DNA of 64,000 bases, taken from positions 19,216,587 to 19,280,586 of the forward strand of contig CM120648.1 in assembly GCA_051362555.1 (NCBI GenBank), given 5' to 3'. The translations under genes were made by a program, and so were the position numbers. This stretch comes from Lingula anatina (lineage: Eukaryota > Animalia > Brachiopoda). Under the pieces are notes generated by a model. That model saw only the letters and a list, made by a program, of their open reading frames with translations. It was not told the DNA's origin and did not search any database. This document shows, in pieces, positions 50,751 through 63,856 of this stretch. Each line of letters opens with the position of its first letter. Position 1 is the first letter of the stretch.

Positions 50751-50989
50751 CCTGTGCACAATGACATCAGCATATCTCCTAATGGGGGAGGTGAAGTGAG
50801 TGTAGAGAGGAACACTGAGGGCATAGTGTCTGAATGCGTCCTCATCATCAATACAGCCAGTGCAGAAATAACGGGCAGTCTGAAACACACGGTGGAAGGG
50901 AAATGTTTCACTCATTTCATTGAATAATACTTAAACATCCTACCTCTCTCTCTCATTAAAATTTGATGCCAAAAATATAGCAAACTAAG

Positions 50990-52333
50990 AGACAAGGCAG
51001 CAAAGCTGTCAAATGTACAGACAAAAAACAGAAAATAACAATGCAAAAAATTGGCTACTGTCATTTTTGATGCAAAAATACATTATACTAACTGCAAATT
51101 CAACATGAAATTTTAATTCTGGTCAACAGGTAATACCAATGTAAGTAAAATGTCTACCAAGCATAGGGCTTCAGGCCAATGGGAGTTCAAGTTCACACTT
51201 TGAAAATGTCAGAATGAGAAAAATGAAAATTTCACACAATATTCCATAACTTCAAAAATAAATGAGCTGGCTTTCTAATTTGAACTGCGTGCCAATCCTA
51301 AAAATCATACTTGTAAGTTAAAAATAATAAGTTACACAGTTTTTTTTCATAATGTTTGTAGTAACAGTGCAAAAAGATTTTTGTCAATTTGGATGTAACA
51401 TTACATTATAAATTACAGAATAATTATCACCAATTGGACATGTAGAAAATTTGATTACCATATGGCTTCATATCCATGGGAGCTCTGAGTCCCACAGTGA
51501 ATATGCCAACACGCTAAAAATGTACCCTCTACCAGGGCGAGTGATAGATTCTTTTACAGATACTCACAGATATGTCTCAAGCTAGACAGATAGTCACTCA
51601 CAGTCGAACTCACCCTGTTGAGGAATCTCAAGGCTGATTACATGGCTAATAATCGTTTGCATAACTGCTCAGGCACTGCCACTTAGCAGGTCCAGTCTAA
51701 GTCTGTGTGACAGCAATCAAGACAGTTAATTTCTCTGACTTCAATCACTTGCTCTTCTGTGACAGATAAAAAAGCCTGGTTGTGTAACGAGCAGTTATCA
51801 CATGGTTGTGAATCGAAGCTCATGCAGAGCAAGTACAAAGCCTTTGGCGCGAGGGCAGAGATAATTGCTCCCACATGTGATTCCTCAACAGGGTGGGTTC
51901 AGCTGAAAATGACCATCCAGCCAGCCAGAGACACATCTGTGAACATCTGCAAAAAATCCATCACTCACCCTGGTAGAGGGTACTAAAATGAATATTTTAC
52001 TAAAATGCATAACTTCCGGAAAAAGAAGCCAATAAGACTGCTTTTCCAACTCAGGCTGCATTTTAGTCCTGCGTTTCTTTTTTGAAAGTTTTACAATCAT
52101 AAGTAACATGGTTTTTCCATAATGGTCATCATGGCAGCAGCACCCAAGATTGTGTTTTCTTCTATTTTAATGCAACATAACATAAGGTTTAACAGCATAA
52201 TGACCATCAATTTTTAATAATAAAATATGCGTATCATGGATTTTCAGAAAATGTGACTAGCATGGGTCTTCAAGCCCGTGGAGATTCTAAGTCACACCTT
52301 GAAAATGCCAATATGTGAAAAATTAAATTTTCA

Positions 52334-52369
<36 letters not shown>

Positions 52370-53290
52370 AACTGCCAGAAAAAAATTACCAAACAGACTG
52401 CATTGCCTAATGAAGCTGTATTTTAGTCCCATATTTCTTTCCTGTAAGTTTGAGAACAGTAAGTGACATGGTTTCCTTAAATGGTCATCATGGGAGCAGT
52501 GCCAAAAATAGGGGTTTCTTCAAATTTTGATGCAACATTACATAATGTTTAACAGCATAATGACCATCAATTTTTAATAATAAAATATTAGTATCATGAA
52601 TATTTAGAAAATGTGACTAGCAAAGGTCTTCAAAGTCACACCTTGAAAATGCCAAAATGTAAACAAGACAGCATTGTTCTGAAATGTTTTTTTTTTTTTT
52701 CATTTTTTACAGTTTTTTAACATAAAACAAAATTAACAATTTACTGACATTTTTATATGATCAACTAAGAAAATTGATGAGATGGGAAAAATATCAATAG
52801 AGCAGTGTTAAATGTCCAATTTCCTCCATTCTGATTTTCTGAACATAGTGAATGATTAAATCTGACAAACTGCAATGATATGAGTTTTTTTCCATTTCTG
52901 ACCTTTTATAACACAATACACGATAACAAGTTTATCATCATTTTTACACAATCAACTAACAAAATTATAAAGATGCAAGAAACACTTTTACGTATCTTAT
53001 TAGTTCAATAATGAGACTGTTAATATGCCTAAGAATTGAATCTCAGGAAATGTGAAAAATGGGAGCAGTGCCAAAAATAGGGGTTTCTTCAAATTTTGAT
53101 GCAACATTACATAATGTTTAACAGCATAATGACCATCAATTTTTAATAATAAAATATTAGTAACATGGACATTCAGAAAACGTGACCAGCAAAGGTCTTC
53201 AGGCCAATGGAACTTCAAAGTCACACCTTGAAAATGCCAAAATGTAAACAAGACAGCACTGTTCTGACATGGGTTTATTTCCATTTTAAA
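50990..53290 (-). mobile_element. HINE family A sequences in reverse orientation
   Basis: caaggcagcaaagctgtcaaatgtacagac (rc of the family A tail) and rc of the 7380-8000 body. Confidence 0.7.
51525..51980. mobile_element. MITE with ~105-bp TIRs and TA flanks (Tc1/mariner-like)
   Basis: ta|ccctctaccagggcgagtgat...caccctgttgaggaatc versus its reverse complement at 51879-51980|ta. Confidence 0.8.
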
Positions 53291-53572
53291 CCCTTTTTTA
53301 CCATACAGGTACGTATATAATATTGTAATCCTATCTGCATATTTTGTACAACTTCAAAACAAACTGGAAATTTAGCAATAAAATAAAATTAGTGTCATTA
53401 TTATAATTTTATCAACATTCTTTGGTACCGCCAGCATTCCAATTACATGCAAGCACTGGTAAATAGGCACTTTGTACGTGTGAAATGAAAATTACAATAA
53501 TAAATACGATAACATTAACAAATTCAAATCACGCTGGACTATCAAAAATTACATAACTTTACTTGTACTTAC

Positions 53573-56500
53573 GTGTAGCTCCTACCATACACAAGGTAAC
53601 AGACACCCCAGAGTTAAAGAGAGCCAGTTCCTGCCTGAGGACGCCAAAGAACCCCTGGAGAGCGTACTTAGTGGCGGTGTAAACGGCTGTATATGGAGTG
53701 GCGGTAACTCCTGAAATAACAGCGTGGTCTAAATTAGTACAGATACTGTAGTGACATCTTCAGTCATCAAAAGGAAATAGTTCAAGTCTTATTATGTTCA
53801 TTGCTATGACATACGCCCACTGGGCTATAGGTACCATAAAACTAATACAAGTATAGTCGTGCTATTTTCAAATATATTATTTTATAAATATATTCATATA
53901 ATTATAAATATATAATATTAGTTAGATTAGATTGACAGAATTGTAGGAAAATAAAATGATGGAGTTTGAAACACGTGACAGTAAACGTTTGAACATGTGT
54001 GACAGGAATGGAAGACCGGGCTCCCATATGATTAGTACAGGTTAGGGTTAGCGTTGTGACAGGAATGGTAGTCCTAGGAATGGAAGTCCAGGTTCACATA
54101 TGATTAGTACAGGTTAGGGTTAGCGGTGTGACAGGAATGGTAGTCCTAGGAATGGAAGTCCAGGGTCCCATATGATTAGTACAGGTTAGGGTTATTTGGA
54201 GTTTTGGGGTTATTTTATTGGACTGTACAAAGTTGTGGAGAATGGACTACAGCTCGTGTCAAACTGACCACTTCTGACGCGTCTTCAATACCACAGCAAC
54301 ACATTCAACCTCTCTGAAACAGTATTCTGCTAGTGCATTTTATGGAATTGAACTTTTTAAAATTCTCTTGTTATTTGAAACTTTTTTGTTTGAAGTGATT
54401 GACAAGCATACGACCTACCCACCCGCAGTAGAGGAGACCACAGAAATGTGACCACAACTCTTGGTTAACAGAGGTAGTGCATGGGACGCCAGGTGAACAT
54501 ATGACCGGAAGTTAACGTCCATACTGGTGGTCAGTCTCGTGAAGTTGTCCCCTGTCCCCAGCCACGGCTGAACGTTAGGGAGTATGGCATGGTTCAAAAT
54601 CAGTATGTCCAGCCCTCCGAGTTTGTTTTCCGTAAACTTAGAAAAAAACAATAACGTTTTTTTAATATTTAGCCAATCGTTTGTTGCAATTCTAGAGATA
54701 TTTTGCAGTTGTACACACTTTTAATTCTCACTGTTAATTGACACTGTCCTCACTGTCCGTGCTTTCGTTAAGGTCGCAAAATTCGTCACGCTTGTTTCCA
54801 TGAATATTATATTATATTTATAAAAAAAGAATAAGATTGGTATCCAATTCCACTTTATTCAGACGCCGTCCCGTACATTTGACAATACTGTAATTCACAG
54901 CGTTCACATTGTTCAGGACCCATATAACCCATCTACCAATTGTCGGGAGCGCACGTGGATCAAGAGACGCTTCCAATGACCTAATTACGTAAATAGACTT
55001 CATTAACTTTGTGCGCTGATTGGACATTGGTCCTCCAGCAGAAAATCCACCTAAGATCATAATGATAAAGGAAACTAGTATAAAAGATCATATTTGTTGT
55101 CCCCACAAAATGAAAAAGACACCTTTTAGACCTGGAAGACGGGCCCTTTTCTTCCCGGACCCTTTCCATAGGCTAAAGAAAGTTTGCTGGGCATACTCTA
55201 GATAATGAAAGAGATTTAGACTACCCTCCAACCTCTGTCTCCATTGCTATCCTTCGTTAACCGTAACGAAATTGTCCCTTTTTGCCCAATTCACTTCTTT
55301 CATTATATCTACAAACTTACCTCTAATAGTGACATTGTCCCATTGGGGTTTTTCAATAGTCACTAGGACAGTCCACTGAGCCTTCATGACTTTCAATGGC
55401 TGCCGTTCCATAAGGAGGACTCCGTCCGTTAACTTCGTGAACTCCCCGTGAACTCCCGATGAGAACAAAAAGATTAACAAAGTTAGTAGGAACCTACATG
55501 TACCTGCTAACTTACCTAGTGGGAAACTTCCATCTCCACTTCCTTTGCCACATCCTCGTGGTCTACAGCCTGTGCCACATCCTCATGGTCTACAGAACCG
55601 TCCTCCATTTCCTCTGCCGCTTCCTCGTGGCAGGTATTGCCTTTTTGCTCTGTCGCTTCCTCGCGACAGGCTTTCTTCTTTGGTTGCTCGTGAACCAAGT
55701 CCTCTGCTGTTTGCATGCATCTTTTTCTGTGTCTAGTGAAGTGTGAATGTTGGGGTACGGTGGCTGCCTGTATGCGCCTTTTCCTGTACCTGGTGTTGTG
55801 AGTGTGTAGGCACTGTGTTTCGCTTTGATGCTACTGGAGCTTCCCACTTGTGAACTGATTCAGTGTCTGAGTTGTCAGTGTCTGAGTTGTCGGAAACACT
55901 TACCGTATCACCTACCTGGCCCTTCGCAGGTCTGGCTACTTGGTCAGCAACTCTGTCCTCAGCTGCTAACTGCCCCTGCCTTGCGTTTGGAGTTCTTTTT
56001 AACACCCTCGGACGTCTGGCCCTCGGCGCTATGCCATCCCAGACTACACCTCTATCAACTAATCGGATCTTATCTCTATTAACTACTCTGGTCTTACCGG
56101 TCTGTTGGTTAATTAGCCAGAATAGGTTATTTCTTCGGCGCGTCACTGTCCATTGGGGGTCCCACTTTGATCCAAATGTAATATTATCAGGTGCATATAT
56201 GATCACACTATCACCCACCCCAATCTTGTTCGCGTTTGCCTTTGCGTCATACCGTCTTTTCTAATCGGCCTGCTTGTAAATTGTCGCGCGCGGTGATCAG
56301 GGCGTCTGATAAGTCACTTCAACGGCCTTTTAGCGCGAGGGGGTCATTAGACACGTTAAAGGTTGCCGACAGCGGCATTCGCGGTCTTCTTCCGTACACT
56401 AGGAAGAATGGGGTAAAATTTGTGGCTACCGATACGCTGGTTCCATAAGCAAAAAGCGCGTTCGCGATGTTTTCCTCCCATGCTCTCGTGTTGTTATTTA

Positions 56501-57141
56501 CAACTCTGGTTATCAAGCCCTTGAGTGTTTTATTGAATATTTCTACTTTCCCGTTACACCGCGGATTAAAACTCGTGGTTCTCCTGTGATCTATTCCCAG
56601 GCCTTGCAAATATGAGCGAAATTCGTGCGCGCTAAATTCACTGCCTCTGTCCGATATTATAATTTCGGGCACTCCGTGTCGTGGAAAAAATTCCGTAGCC
56701 AGCGCGGCTTGTACTGATTCGGATGTTTTATTGGGAATGGGAAAACTTTCGGCCCAGCCACTAAGGTGACAAACAAAGTTTAGACAATATTTGTTGCCTC
56801 GCGGAGACTCTTGGAAAGGACCGATTAAATCCATACCAATGTATCTGGAATGGGTACGCGGGTAAAGGTAACTCGCCCAAGGTGGTTCTTTGCGGTCGCG
56901 TTTTGTGTACCAGACTCGTGGGACATTGTTTTATCCATCGCGTCACATGCTTTCTCATTCCCGGCCAAACGTACGCGTGAGTGAAAGCTTCCTACGATTC
57001 AGTACGTTCAGTACACAATGATGACTGCCGAAATTGATAATGCCAACAATTTAGCTTGGTTCCCGATCTTAACGTCCTTTTGCGTGTGTGTACAGTGTAC
57101 CTTGATAATCCAAGCTGTCTCCTCCATGTCTCCCAGGTCAA

Positions 57142-57182
<41 letters not shown>

Positions 57183-58175
57183 CTTGATAACCCTAGCTGT
57201 CTCCTCCATGTCTCTCAGATCAGCTACTGTGTACACATGGTTAGACTCAGGTGCCGGAGATAACTTTTTACACTCTGCGATGACCTGAAACCGTTATTAT
57301 GGAAAGATGTAAATGACACCCAACTGATTATTCAAATAACAACCCCAATCTGTAAGTTATAGAGCAGCTTGTGTAAAGACAAATAAAATGTTAATAAAAC
57401 ACATTGCCTTAGATACGAAATGAGAAGTTATACCGGCAACTGACCTTTTTTAAGAGATTTTCCCTGCGCGCCGTCAAAACAAGGTTTGCTCCCATTTTGG
57501 CGAAATGATACGCCACCTGTTCTCCAATTCCAGAGGACGCCCCGGTAATGAGCACTCTCTTGCCTCTCACCATGGCTGTGATAAAACCGATATGCTTATA
57601 TCAGCCTATTATCATTTTGATTTCTGTTACAAATCTGGAAATTTAATAAAGCACTGGTATTTTTTTTTTAATTCATGTGTAGTGGCAAAGTTTCATGTGG
57701 CTTTATCTTGGGCAGACGAAGTAGATTGTGGTTATGATTTTGAAGACAAGGAAAGATATGGTAGGCCTACATGTACGAAATTCATGCGTTAGCACTCCTT
57801 TTTTCGGCTTAATGTATGTGTTTTCTGGTTGTGTTTACGTTGTTTAGCGCGGAGAGTGAGAGAGAAAGAGAGAGAGAGAAAGAGAGAGAGAGTTGTACAC
57901 AAAATATGAACGACTTGCGTTTTTGTCAGCATCACCAAACTAAGTTGATCTAACTAAAGTCATTAATCGTTTACGCACACAGATTACAAATATCAGTCCC
58001 ATTTCAACCGTGTAGAGTACAGTAGACTATATGAACATGTACATCAGACTTAGATAAGGACCTGCAAAGACCGTTCATGCTCACCGGGATCAAAATCATC
58101 CACGTAGAGGGTGGCGATGTAGACGGCAGTCACAGTGAGGAGGACAGCAAACAGTGTTTTTGTCATGGAACCCAT
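53573..58175 (-). CDS. HSD11B1L: Short-chain dehydrogenase/reductase, 11-beta-hydroxysteroid dehydrogenase 1-like; exons 58175-58085, 57575-57445, 57284-57183, 54636-54423, 53710-53573; last exon not found (possible pseudogene)
   Basis: N-terminal TM anchor plus DDFDP, TGASSGIG, LTARRE, GGLDILILNHA, VNFRSYV, VVSS, YTATK (YxxxK), FF..LRQE; phases 1,0,0,1 consistent; exon-3 donor is GC. Confidence 0.82.
53996..54194. repeat. ~70-bp tandem repeat x3 containing GGTTAGGGTTA
   Basis: gtgacaggaatgg...catatgattagtacaggttagggtta repeated. Confidence 0.85.
54800..56985 (-). mobile_element. Degenerate Ty3/Gypsy LTR-retrotransposon fragment (integrase plus env-like ORF) in SDR intron 3
   Basis: WPGMRKHV..C, MDLIGP, ISDRGSEF, NGKVE..NKTL, TPFFLVYGRRPR; frameshift near 56840 and stops; downstream ORF 55480-54818 with WTVLVTI; no LTRs seen. 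Confidence 0.85.
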
Positions 58176-58235
58176 GTTGAAATATTTCTCACTTCCAGTT
58201 CTCAAACAAAGAGCATATAGGCCTACCAGTACGTG

Positions 58236-60386
58236 ATACCCTCTGCATCCCTGAGTGACCTTTTAATGTATTCCCGGCCTACTCCCCGTTCTACCAGTAG
58301 CATTGAGACCTATCGTTATTAAACTATGAACATAACATTACTGATTAGGTACGCGATAGCCTCTGCATCCCCGAGTGACCTTTTAATGTATTGAGACCAT
58401 TCATTAGAGACCTATCATTATTAAACTATGAACATAACATTACTGATTAGGTACGCGATAGCCTCTGCATCCCCGAGTGACCTTTTAATGTATTGAGACC
58501 ATTCATTAGAGACCTATCATTATTAAACTATGAACATAACATTACTGATTAGGTACGCGATAGCCTCTGCATCCCCGAGTGACCTTTTAATGTATTGAGA
58601 CCATTCATTAGAGACCTATCGTTATTAAACTATGAACATAACATTACTGATTAGGTACGCGATAGCCTCTGCATCCCCGAGTGACCTTTTAATGTATTGA
58701 GACCATTCATTAGAGACCTATCATTATTAAACTATGAACATAACATTACTGATTAGGTACGCGATAGCCTCTGCATCCCCGAGTGACCTTTTAATGTATT
58801 GAGACCATTCATTAGAGACCTATCGTTATTAAACTATGAACATAACATTACTGATTAGGTACGCGATAGCCTCTGCATCCCCGAGTGACCTTTTAATGTA
58901 TTGAGACCATTCATTAGAGACCTATCATTATTAAACTATGAACATAACATTACTGATTAGGTACGCGATAGCCTCTGCATCCCCGAGTGACCTTTTAATG
59001 TATTGAGACCATTCATTAGAGACCTATCGTTATTAAACTATGAACATAACATTACTGATTAGGTACGCGATAGCCTCTGCATCCCCGAGTGACCTTTTAA
59101 TGTATTGAGACCATTCATTAGAGACCTATCATTATTAAACTATGAACATAACATTACTGATTAGGTACGCGATAGCCTCTGCATCCCCGAGTGACCTTTT
59201 AATGTATTGAGACCATTCATTAGAGACCTATCGTTATTAAACTATGAACATAACATTACTGATTAGGTACGCGATAGCCTCTGCATCCCCGAGTGACCTT
59301 TTAATGTATTGAGACCATTCATTAGAGACCTATCATTATTAAACTATGAACATAACATTACTGATTAGGTACGCGATAGCCTCTGCATCCCCGAGTGACC
59401 TTTTAATGTATTGAGACCATTCATTAGAGACCTATCATTATTAAACTATGAACATAACATTACTGATTAGGTACGCGATAGCCTCTGCATCCCCGAGTGA
59501 CCTTTTAATGTATTGAGACCATTCATTAGAGACCTATCGTTATTAAACTATGAACATAACATTACTGATTAGGTACGCGATAGCCTCTGCATCCCCGAGT
59601 GACCTTTTAATGTATTGAGACCATTCATTAGAGACCTATCATTATTAAACTATGAACATAACATTACTGATTAGGTACGCGATAGCCTCTGCATCCCCGA
59701 GTGACCTTTTAATGTATTGAGACCATTCATTAGAGACCTATCATTATTAAACTATGAACATAACATTAATGATTAGGTACGCGATAGCCTCTGCATCCCC
59801 GAGTGACCTTTTAATGTATTGAGACCATTCATTAGAGACCTATCGTTATTAAACTATGAACATAACATTACTGATTAGGTACGCGATAGCCTCTGCATCC
59901 CCGAGTGACCTTTTAATGTATTGAGACCATTCATTAGAGACCTATCATTATTAAACTATGAACATAACATTACTGATTAGGTACGCGATAGCCTCTGCAT
60001 CCCCGAGTGACCTTTTAATGTATTGAGACCATTCATTAGAGACCTATCATTATTAAACTATGAACATAACATTACTGATTAGGTACGCGATAGCCTCTGC
60101 ATCCCCGAGTGACCTTTTAATGTATTGAGACCATTCATTAGAGACCTATCATTATTAAACTATGAACATAACATTACTGATTAGGTACGCGATAGCCTCT
60201 GCATCCCCGAGTGACCTTTTAATGTATTGAGACCATTCATTAGAGACCTATCATTATTAAACTATGAACATAACATTACTGATTAGGTACGCGATAGCCT
60301 CTGCATCCCCGAGTGACCTTTTAATGTATTGAGACCATTCATTAGAGACCTATCGTTATTAAACTATGAACATAACATTACTGATC
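58236..60386. repeat. 102-bp VNTR, 21 near-identical copies, immediately 5' of the SDR start codon
   Basis: gatagcctctgcatccccgagtgacc... at 58355, 58457 and onward; essentially one A/G variable site. Confidence 0.97.
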
Positions 60387-61790
60387 AGGTCAGGTTAGTA
60401 CATAAGATAACAGGTACGTGTGAGGTACACTGGCTGGCAGGAGTCTAAAGTCGATAATACTGAGGGCTTGTACAGGGGGGGGGGGATAAGACTGGGTCTG
60501 CTGTGTTAAATCCTATATAGGCACATTCAACTGAAACACTTACCATACATATTATTTAGATATTTATATTTTTATAATGAATACTGCGGATATTAAGAGG
60601 ACACGAGACATTCACTTACACTTAACATTTAAAAGGTTAAATAAATAAGACTGAAGTAGCCTATACATGTGGCTAGAAACAAACGGTGGTATGGAAGTGT
60701 TAGGTGATCATCATGTACGTGTTGCCTACACACAGACACTTGTCTTGTGCGTTCTTGTTTATGTTTTCTGGTTCAGACAGGACAGTCGGTAATTAAGGGG
60801 ATATGTATAGACAGTTCAAAATAAGAGAACGATGTTATACACAGTCTCAAAGCGTTTGATTTTGAAGAACTATAAAACTTTTTCAAATTCATAACAATTT
60901 ACCACTACACACACTGCTGGCAGCATTAAGTGTAATACCAGTACATATAAGATCAGCATTAGCATTCCTGCTTTGGCCAGGTCAGTACATATAAGACTAG
61001 GTTCCCATACCTAAATCGATCTAACAGGATCGATCCATCTCCACGGGGTTTCTCGCTTAAATTGCTTGCAGCTTAAACGGCTTAGGTGTCTGGGACCCCT
61101 CCAAAGCTGCTAAACAATAGTTAATTACCCCCTATCAGCTTCAGTAGGCGTGACAGACATTTAAGCCACTTAAGTTAATTGCAATTGAGTGAGAATCCCC
61201 ATGGAGAAAGTTCGATCCAAAGTTAGTACAATAGGGTCTGGGAATGGTCTCTTATACCAGTACACAAACTCGATGGTTGTGTTGTAGCAAGTTCATTTTA
61301 TTTGTATGCTATCATTACTGTGGAGTAAAATAAAATAAAGATGTTTTGGGTGATCTGTCTTTTCCTGATATGCGAGGTAGGTGATCAAAATCTTAAGGGA
61401 AAACAGAAGCTTTATTTGTTTTTCAACATTATTCAAGGTTGCCTACTAAATGTGACGATGGTATTGACTTCTGTCTTTTGCTGACAAATACCACTCAGTT
61501 ATAGTCGTTCTTATTATTTATTTACTACTTCCCTGTTGTTACTCGTGCTGCTTCCAACATTTCTATTTCTACCTCTTGCAATCTTTAGCGGCCTTCTCTA
61601 CGTTTACCTTACATTATAAATACCATAAGATCATGTCAATCAACTCAAGTTACTCTACAAAACACTCCCCGCTCCTGTCAATTACTAACATTACATAAAT
61701 TGCATCAGTTATTCTAAAAGATCGAGGGTCTTGTAAATAAAAACGGCCATCAGCGGCTGAGTTTTGAAGATGAAACTTGTGTATGTCTTA

Positions 61791-62092
61791 GGAAGCATTC
61801 ACATCGAGAAGAGCCGAGGTCTAACAAGGCCGCGACCTACATGAAAGGGAAATCGCTTAATCCTGTAATGTTATCTCCGCCTCTCACACGGCTTAGGACC
61901 ACGCGTCGTCCCTCGACCGGTTGAAGTATGCCGAGATTGAATTAGAGTGCCCCTGCAGGGACGACGCGCGGGGAGGAGTGTGAGAAGGCAGAGAAACTAT
62001 TAATGAATCAAGCGTTCTTCCTTTCATGTAGAACCGCCATATTTAGGTCGCAGCCTTACTAGACCTCGGCTCTTCTCGATGTGAAAGCTCCC
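61791..62092. mobile_element. PIF/Harbinger (Tourist-like) MITE, TTA TSD
   Basis: tta|ggaagcattcacatcgagaagagccgaggtct / agacctcggctcttctcgatgtgaaagctccc|tta. Confidence 0.8.
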
Positions 62093-63314
62093 TTAAATTG
62101 TTGCTTCTAGTGTGCATTAGGAGACATAAAGGACACATACGACATCAAAGGGATTTAATCTCGGCTCCGATGTTTAATTGCTAGGCCCCTGCAGCAACGG
62201 CGCATGTGGAGGCGGGGAGACCGTCGAGAATCAGCGGCAGCTCTTGTGAAGTGTGGTCGGCCATATTTAGTCGGCGGATCAGTTAATACTCGGATCATCT
62301 TTTCTGAATGGAGCCTTAATCTGTGTTTGTTATTCAACTTCTATTGAAGTGTCTACACTCATATTTTGTTACTTACATCATAAGATACAGTGGCGGATTT
62401 AGAGGGGAGGGTTAGGGGGACCTAATACCCCTTCCTTTTCTCAAAAAAATAACACTATTATTCCACTCTTGAAATTAGAGTTTTAACTAGTTGATTTATA
62501 TTCCTTAAATATGCATACAAAGTCAATTTTTTGTCACAAAAACCAACCAAATGCCAGCATATAGTAACAAGTAGTATAACTAAGATAATTGCCAAAAGGC
62601 ATTGTTTAATTTTACCCGAAAATGATGTTTGAATGGATTTTTCTGCTAGCACTCTATGCTGTATGTCAATGGGACAGAAAAGTAGGTCACGAAAGTAGGT
62701 TAAATTTCCAACCAAAAATTTTAAGAAAGGAGCAGTCTAAAGCTCTTTTTGGGCTGATCAAGTGATCTATTCAGTTTATCCCTTGGCATGTCAAATTTAT
62801 TTGAGTCGTATAAGAAACTGGTAGAAGTGGTTAACATGTGTTACTGGGAAACCACTCTCCACCGATGCCCGGTTCGTATGTACTTTAACCGTTTCAAATG
62901 GAACCGTTTGACCTTCAAAACACCAAAATATTACGGCTCCCGGGCTATCGATTGTAATTGCAGATGTAAACATGTACAACCAAACTGGCCCTCTGCGTGA
63001 TAAGGTAGAAGGTTTTTCATTTGATTTCAAATCTACCAATGAATCTTCTGCGGCTCCGTGTAATTCCGCTGTCTTAACACAGCTAGCTTACCGCGGTACA
63101 TGTATAGCCTTGTACGCGGGTTTTTATGCAGTGATTTTTCTAGATTTTTTTTCCTGAAAATTGCATTAAGAAGAAAAACGTATATTAGGTGGGCGGGTGG
63201 GTCAGGCACAGTGCTGTCGTTGGCGTGCACGGGTGCAGGAAAAAACAGTCCGTTACAACAACGACCTGGCCCTGCAATCGAGAAGGCACGGGAAAAAGTC
63301 GATGGTTTAGAATA

Positions 63315-63856
63315 CGAGGGTTGATTGATAAGTAGTGAGCCTCGTGTGGAAGGGCCGGGGTTAAGCAGGGATATCCCTTTTTAGCCCTTCTATTCCCTGA
63401 CTATTTAAAGGTGTGTAGCCGAAGTTTGGTGTCATTTGGTTAGTTGATGTCGACGAGGTAGCACTCTCAAATAAGCAAGGCAAGTGACATTTGCAAAATG
63501 CCCCTGCTCACAAGCCTGTCATCGCCATGGCTGCAATCAACGAGTGTGGCTTTGAACTGATAGAACATCCACCTTATTCGCCTGATCTTGCTCCCTCTGA
63601 CTATTATCTATTTCCCAAATTGAAAAAGGCCATTTCAGGTACTCACTCTGTGTCAGATGATGACGTCATACGTGAATTGGAGGGGTTTCTGAACAGCCAA
63701 GAGAAGGGCTTCTATAAAAGTTGCAAAGAGGCTCTCAAAACTCGCTGGAAAAATTGTATAGATACTCAAGGAGACTATGTTGAAAAATAAATGAAAAATA
63801 TTTGTAAAATGTGTACCCCTTCTATATGAGGCTCACTACTTATCAATCAACCCTCG
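63315..63856 (+). mobile_element. Internally deleted mariner element retaining the transposase C-terminus (63491-63790)
   Basis: Perfect TIR cgagggttgattgataagtagtgagcctc, TA TSD; NAPAH, HPPYSPDLAPSDYYLFPKLK, GDYVEK. Confidence 0.93.

Larger units (their letters stand above)
48461..50879 (-). pseudogene. DIS3L2: DIS3-like exonuclease 2, 3' fragment; exons 50879-50732, 49851-49721, 49393-49289, 48628-48461 (in-frame TAG at 48527-48529)
   Basis: RNB motif [72 protein letters not shown]; phases compatible; premature stop; no upstream exons found in the window. Confidence 0.82.

Noticed and set aside
51885-51946. Final SDR exon after a ttttttgcag acceptor
   Set aside because: It lies within a MITE TIR, and the peptide has no SDR C-terminal similarity.
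58236-60386. CRISPR-like array
   Set aside because: Units are contiguous and identical, with no unique spacers and no cas genes; the context is eukaryotic.
63491-63790. Functional mariner transposase or SETMAR gene
   Set aside because: Only the C-terminal ~100 aa remain within a 540-bp TIR-bounded deletion derivative; the first two catalytic Asp residues are missing.
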